A stretch of DNA of 21,833 nt, taken from Armatimonadota bacterium (GTDB taxonomy: Bacteria > Sysuimicrobiota > Sysuimicrobiia > Sysuimicrobiales > Humicultoraceae). The stretch covers positions 1 to 21,833 of the forward strand of contig JBBIOM010000032.1 in NCBI GenBank assembly GCA_037443365.1, given 5' to 3'. Numbering within the stretch: position 1 is the first letter of the stretch; each line of letters starts with the position of its first letter. Shown here in pieces: positions 19,080-21,833 of this stretch. The notes under the pieces are model-generated. The model worked only from the letters and a program-made list of their open reading frames with translations, was not told the origin of the DNA and searched no databases. The position numbers and the translations under genes were made by a program.

Positions 19080-19591
19080 GGGACCGCTGCGAAGAGGTGC
19101 TGGAGCGCCTGGTCGAAGGGGTGACCGGCACGGTCCTGCCCGACGAGCGCGCCGCGCTCGCCCGGCACCTGGCCGTCTGCGAGCGCTGCCGCGATGAGGC
19201 GGCCTCGATTGAGGCCGCTGCCGTGCGCCTGCGCTCCGCGGGCAGGTTCGTGGCGCCGCCCGGATTCTGGGAGGAGTTCATGCGGCGGCTCGCCGCGCGC
19301 ATCGAGGAGGAGCGGGTGCCGGTGGGCGCCCGCCTCCGTCGGTGGCTGGCCTCCCCGCGCCACGCGTTGGGCACGGCGGTGGTTACCGCGGTCACGGTGC
19401 TGGCGGTCTTCGCCGCGGTGCGCACCGCGCCTCCTGCTCCTGACCCGGTGGCGGTGCGCGCGCGCGGGCTGGTCACCGCCACGATGACGTCGAGTCTCCC
19501 CTCGCTGGGAGCGACGCTCGACATCTGGCGTGCCGGGTTGTCGCAGGAGAGCGGCGAAGATGCGGACCGGCGGGAGAGGCAAGGCCGATGA
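19076..19591 (+). CDS. Zinc-binding (ZAS) membrane anti-sigma factor
   Basis: HLAVCERC (HxxxCxxC), one TM helix, ATGA overlap with the sigma gene. Confidence 0.85.
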   Translation: MRDRCEEVLERLVEGVTGTVLPDERAALARHLAVCERCRDEAASIEAAAVRLRSAGRFVAPPGFWEEFMRRLAARIEEERVPVGARLRRWLASPRHALGTAVVTAVTVLAVFAAVRTAPPAPDPVAVRARGLVTATMTSSLPSLGATLDIWRAGLSQESGEDADRRERQGR

Positions 19592-20082
19592 TCGCCCCCA
19601 GCCGCCTCGCCCCTGCCCTCCTGATCGCCGCGCTCGCCCTTGCCCTGCCCGCATCCGGGCAGGAGCCGCAGACGCATCAGGGCGAGCGCATCATCGAGGC
19701 GATCTTCATCTGGCGCCTGGTGGACGAACTCGACCTCTCGGAGGCGCAGATCGCCCAGGTCTTCCCCCGCGTCAAGGCCCTGAAGAACATTCGCCTCGAG
19801 ATGGGGCGGCGTGTGCCGCAACTGCTGCGCGAGATCCGGCAGTTGATGCGCTCGCCGTCGCGCGACGAGGAGACGCTGCGCGTCAAGGTGGCCGAGCTGA
19901 GCCAGGTGCGGGGCCAGATGGAGGCGCGCCGCCGCCAGCAGCTCCAGCTCATCGCGGCGGCCCTCACCCCGGAGCAGATGGCACGGTTCGCGCTGATCCA
20001 GGAGACGTTCGAGGTCGAGACCCTGCGGTTGATGCAGGAGATGCGCCGCATCGTCGAGGAGCAACCGCCCCCGCGGCGCTAG
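19588..20082 (+). CDS. Periplasmic Spy/CpxP/ZraP-like helical protein
   Basis: Signal peptide; LDLSEAQ and LTPEQ (LTxxQ-like) motifs; ATGA overlap with the anti-sigma gene. Confidence 0.7.
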   Translation: MIAPSRLAPALLIAALALALPASGQEPQTHQGERIIEAIFIWRLVDELDLSEAQIAQVFPRVKALKNIRLEMGRRVPQLLREIRQLMRSPSRDEETLRVKVAELSQVRGQMEARRRQQLQLIAAALTPEQMARFALIQETFEVETLRLMQEMRRIVEEQPPPRR

Positions 20083-20115
20083 GTCCCGCCTACATCCAGC
20101 GGTCGGAAGCCGGCG

Positions 20116-20274
20116 ATGCTGCACTACCTGGACGCCGCACAGGGCTGCGGCATCGGCATCACTTGCTCAAGACATCCCTTCCGCCACTCGTTTGCCACAT
20201 ACCTGCGCCCGATGGACAGGCTCCGCCGATCGGCAAGGAGGGGGCAAAGGACGGTCCCGGGGATGCTAGGCTGA
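20116..20274 (+). pseudogene. Degraded tyrosine recombinase (integron-integrase-like) C-terminal remnant
   Basis: Translates to MLHYLDAAQGCGIGITCSRHPFRHSFATYL...QRTVPGMLG*; matches the HxxRHSFATHL and RTVQELLGH boxes. Below the ORF-track length cut-off. Confidence 0.65.
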
Positions 20275-20374
20275 CCGGCGAAGCAGCAGAAAACCCCGCA
20301 AGGGGGGTGCGCGGGATGGCGAGGGTTCAGTCCAGGCGGGCGATTGCGGGGAAGGAGCTCCCGGTTCCCTAGCG

Positions 20375-20431
20375 TGCTAGACTGATACGGGCGGGATGTT
20401 AGACTGACCAGTCTAATCACGAGTTAGCCCG
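20375..20431 (+). mobile_element. attI-like integron recombination site
   Basis: Inverse core GTCTAAT (20411-17) + 5 nt CACGA + core GTTAGCC (20423-29); upstream direct repeats TGCTAGACTGA (20375-85) and TGTTAGACTGA (20397-407). Confidence 0.7.
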
Positions 20432-21770
20432 AGCTGGTGACATTGATGGGGGGATGGAAGTTGCCTGCATACTCGATAGACGATGCAGCGGTCTCGCGGT
20501 GGCTGCCCACAACGCTTCGATCCCAAGGAAAGGATGAGGCATACCTCGAGCGACTGATCGCTAGCGACCCTCTCGTTCTGGGCCTCGATCCCTACGTGAC
20601 CGGCATCGGCACCAGCTTCGCGGTGTTTCAGCAGAGCTGGCTGGATTCTCCGTCGACGCGCACGCTCAGGCCGGACGTGGTCCTACTGAGTGAGACCGGA
20701 CACATCGTCGTGGTCGAGGTCAAGCTCGACGACAATCCGGAGCTGCGAGATCGTCGCGTCATTTCGCAAATCGTTGACTACGCCGCAGCTGTAGCGAATC
20801 TCGATGAACATGCGTTGACCGCATGGCTTGGAGGATCGCAGGACACCTGCTGGCTGGACGTCGTAAGGCGCGTGTTCCCCGGCGCACACGACGTGGAGCG
20901 CCTAGCGGCTGCCCTAGCGGATCGGATTTCTCGAGCCGACATTCACCTCGTGGTTGCATGCGACGCAGCACCAGTCGGCCTACGCGACACGATTCAGCTC
21001 ATCTCAGCGCAGGCGGCGCTTGGCGAGTTCCAGTTGCACGTTGTTGAGCTCACCCCATACGTCAACACGAACGAACCTGGACGCATTCTCATCGTTCCGC
21101 GAGAGACGGCTCGAACTGAAATCGTCTCGCGAACCGCGGTGACGGTTCGACGCGAAGAGGGCGTCGGCGTGGGCGTTACGGTTGTGGCATCCTCGCCGAA
21201 GGAGGTTACTGAGGCCATCCAGCGGACAAAGCGCGGCCGCGAGATTCGACCGGAGTTTGAAACGCTACTTGATGCGTACGATCTCAGCGCGCCGGATGAC
21301 TTGCAGACGTCTGGTGGTGCCACCGGCTACCGTCAGATCAAGGTGCCCGGCTGGCCGGGTTTCATACACTACGAGCTCCTGGACCGGGGAGGCGACCCGG
21401 CGGTTGTCGGGGCAGAACTCCATTTGGAAGGCGGAGAACATCCAGACCTTCGCGGGTTCCTTGAGGATCTCGCAGCATCGCTGCAGCCGAGCTTCCCTGG
21501 CTTGCAGTACTCTCCGAAGTGGTTCAAAGGATGCCGGCTTGTGATTCCCGTTCCCATGGCAGACGTGAATGGCGCTGTGGACGCGATGACCGCGCTCATT
21601 GCTGCAACGCGAGAGCGCGTCGACCATGAGCTCAGAGAATCCGGCGTCTTGGAGGATGAAGGCGCATCTGAGCCGGGCTAACAATGGCATCGACGCCGAC
21701 AGACCGCGGCAGTGAGGTAGTCTGAGTCGCAAGCGTGGCGGGCCGCGGTCTGCGGGTCATGCCACAGACG
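20424..21770 (+). mobile_element. Integron gene cassette 1
   Basis: Bounded by G/TT crossover points at 20423/24 and 21770/71; 5' GTTAGCCCG is the exact reverse complement of the attC left end CGGGCTAAC; single ORF fills the unit; visibly lower GC than the backbone. Confidence 0.85.
20437..21681 (+). CDS. PD-(D/E)xK nuclease-domain protein (NucS/restriction-endonuclease-like) with unknown C-terminal domain
   Basis: E..LERLIASDP...RPDVVLL...IVVVEVK...VISQIVDYA (E, PD, ExK, QxxxY). Start could be GTG 20437, ATG 20446 or TTG 20461 (GGGGGA SD). Confidence 0.75.
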   Translation: MTLMGGWKLPAYSIDDAAVSRWLPTTLRSQGKDEAYLERLIASDPLVLGLDPYVTGIGTSFAVFQQSWLDSPSTRTLRPDVVLLSETGHIVVVEVKLDDNPELRDRRVISQIVDYAAAVANLDEHALTAWLGGSQDTCWLDVVRRVFPGAHDVERLAAALADRISRADIHLVVACDAAPVGLRDTIQLISAQAALGEFQLHVVELTPYVNTNEPGRILIVPRETARTEIVSRTAVTVRREEGVGVGVTVVASSPKEVTEAIQRTKRGREIRPEFETLLDAYDLSAPDDLQTSGGATGYRQIKVPGWPGFIHYELLDRGGDPAVVGAELHLEGGEHPDLRGFLEDLAASLQPSFPGLQYSPKWFKGCRLVIPVPMADVNGAVDAMTALIAATRERVDHELRESGVLEDEGASEPG

Positions 21771-21776
21771 TTCGGC
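21676..21776 (+). mobile_element. attC site (101 bp)
   Basis: R'' GGCTAAC overlaps the TAA stop; arms TGGCAT/ATGCCA, GAC/GTC, CCG/CGG, CAGACCGCGGC/GCCGCGGTCTG; R' GTTCGGC. Confidence 0.9.
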
Positions 21777-21788
21777 GCGAGAAGAGAG

Positions 21789-21833
21789 ATGCAAGATACC
21801 TGCCGGCTCTATACGGACTTGGCGTGGCTTTGG
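21789..21833 (+). CDS. Start of cassette 2 ORF (truncated by window end); possibly a SAM-dependent methyltransferase
   Basis: ATG 12 nt after the attC with purine-rich GAGAAGAGAG upstream; MQDTCRLYTDLAWLW. Product guess rests on only 15 residues. Confidence 0.45.
   Translation, partial: MQDTCRLYTDLAWLW

Noticed and set aside
20292-20307. Hairpin ACCCC-GCAA-GGGG in the intI-attI gap as a terminator or ncRNA
   Set aside because: Very short stem with no U tract on the + strand; at most a weak minus-strand terminator, not supportable.

Overview
High-GC bacterial chromosomal window; a T-box and sigmaA-type extended -10 promoters suggest a Terrabacteria lineage (inference). The first ~20 kb is mostly housekeeping: a zinc-ribbon membrane protein, ddl, a dapF-like gene whose two catalytic Cys are both Ser, apgM, an MFS transporter, a hotdog thioesterase, a PlsC-like acyltransferase, a convergent ArsB/NhaD-type permease, a T-box-led proS-exonuclease-ybaK-M28 peptidase run, an FMN-riboswitch-led ribD-ribE-ribBA-ribH-amidohydrolase operon, an Fe/Mn SOD and an ECF sigma/anti-sigma/periplasmic protein trio. 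At ~20.1 kb the window enters an integron-like platform that the ORF track does not show: a degraded IntI-like tyrosine recombinase remnant co-oriented with the cassettes, an attI-like site, a complete cassette encoding a PD-(D/E)xK nuclease bounded by a well-formed attC, and the start of a second cassette. Two further highlights are a Pro-specific T-box with an ultra-short stem I and a bacterial vasohibin-like Cys-His-Ser protease on the minus strand. All calls come from reading the sequence by eye; no searches were run.
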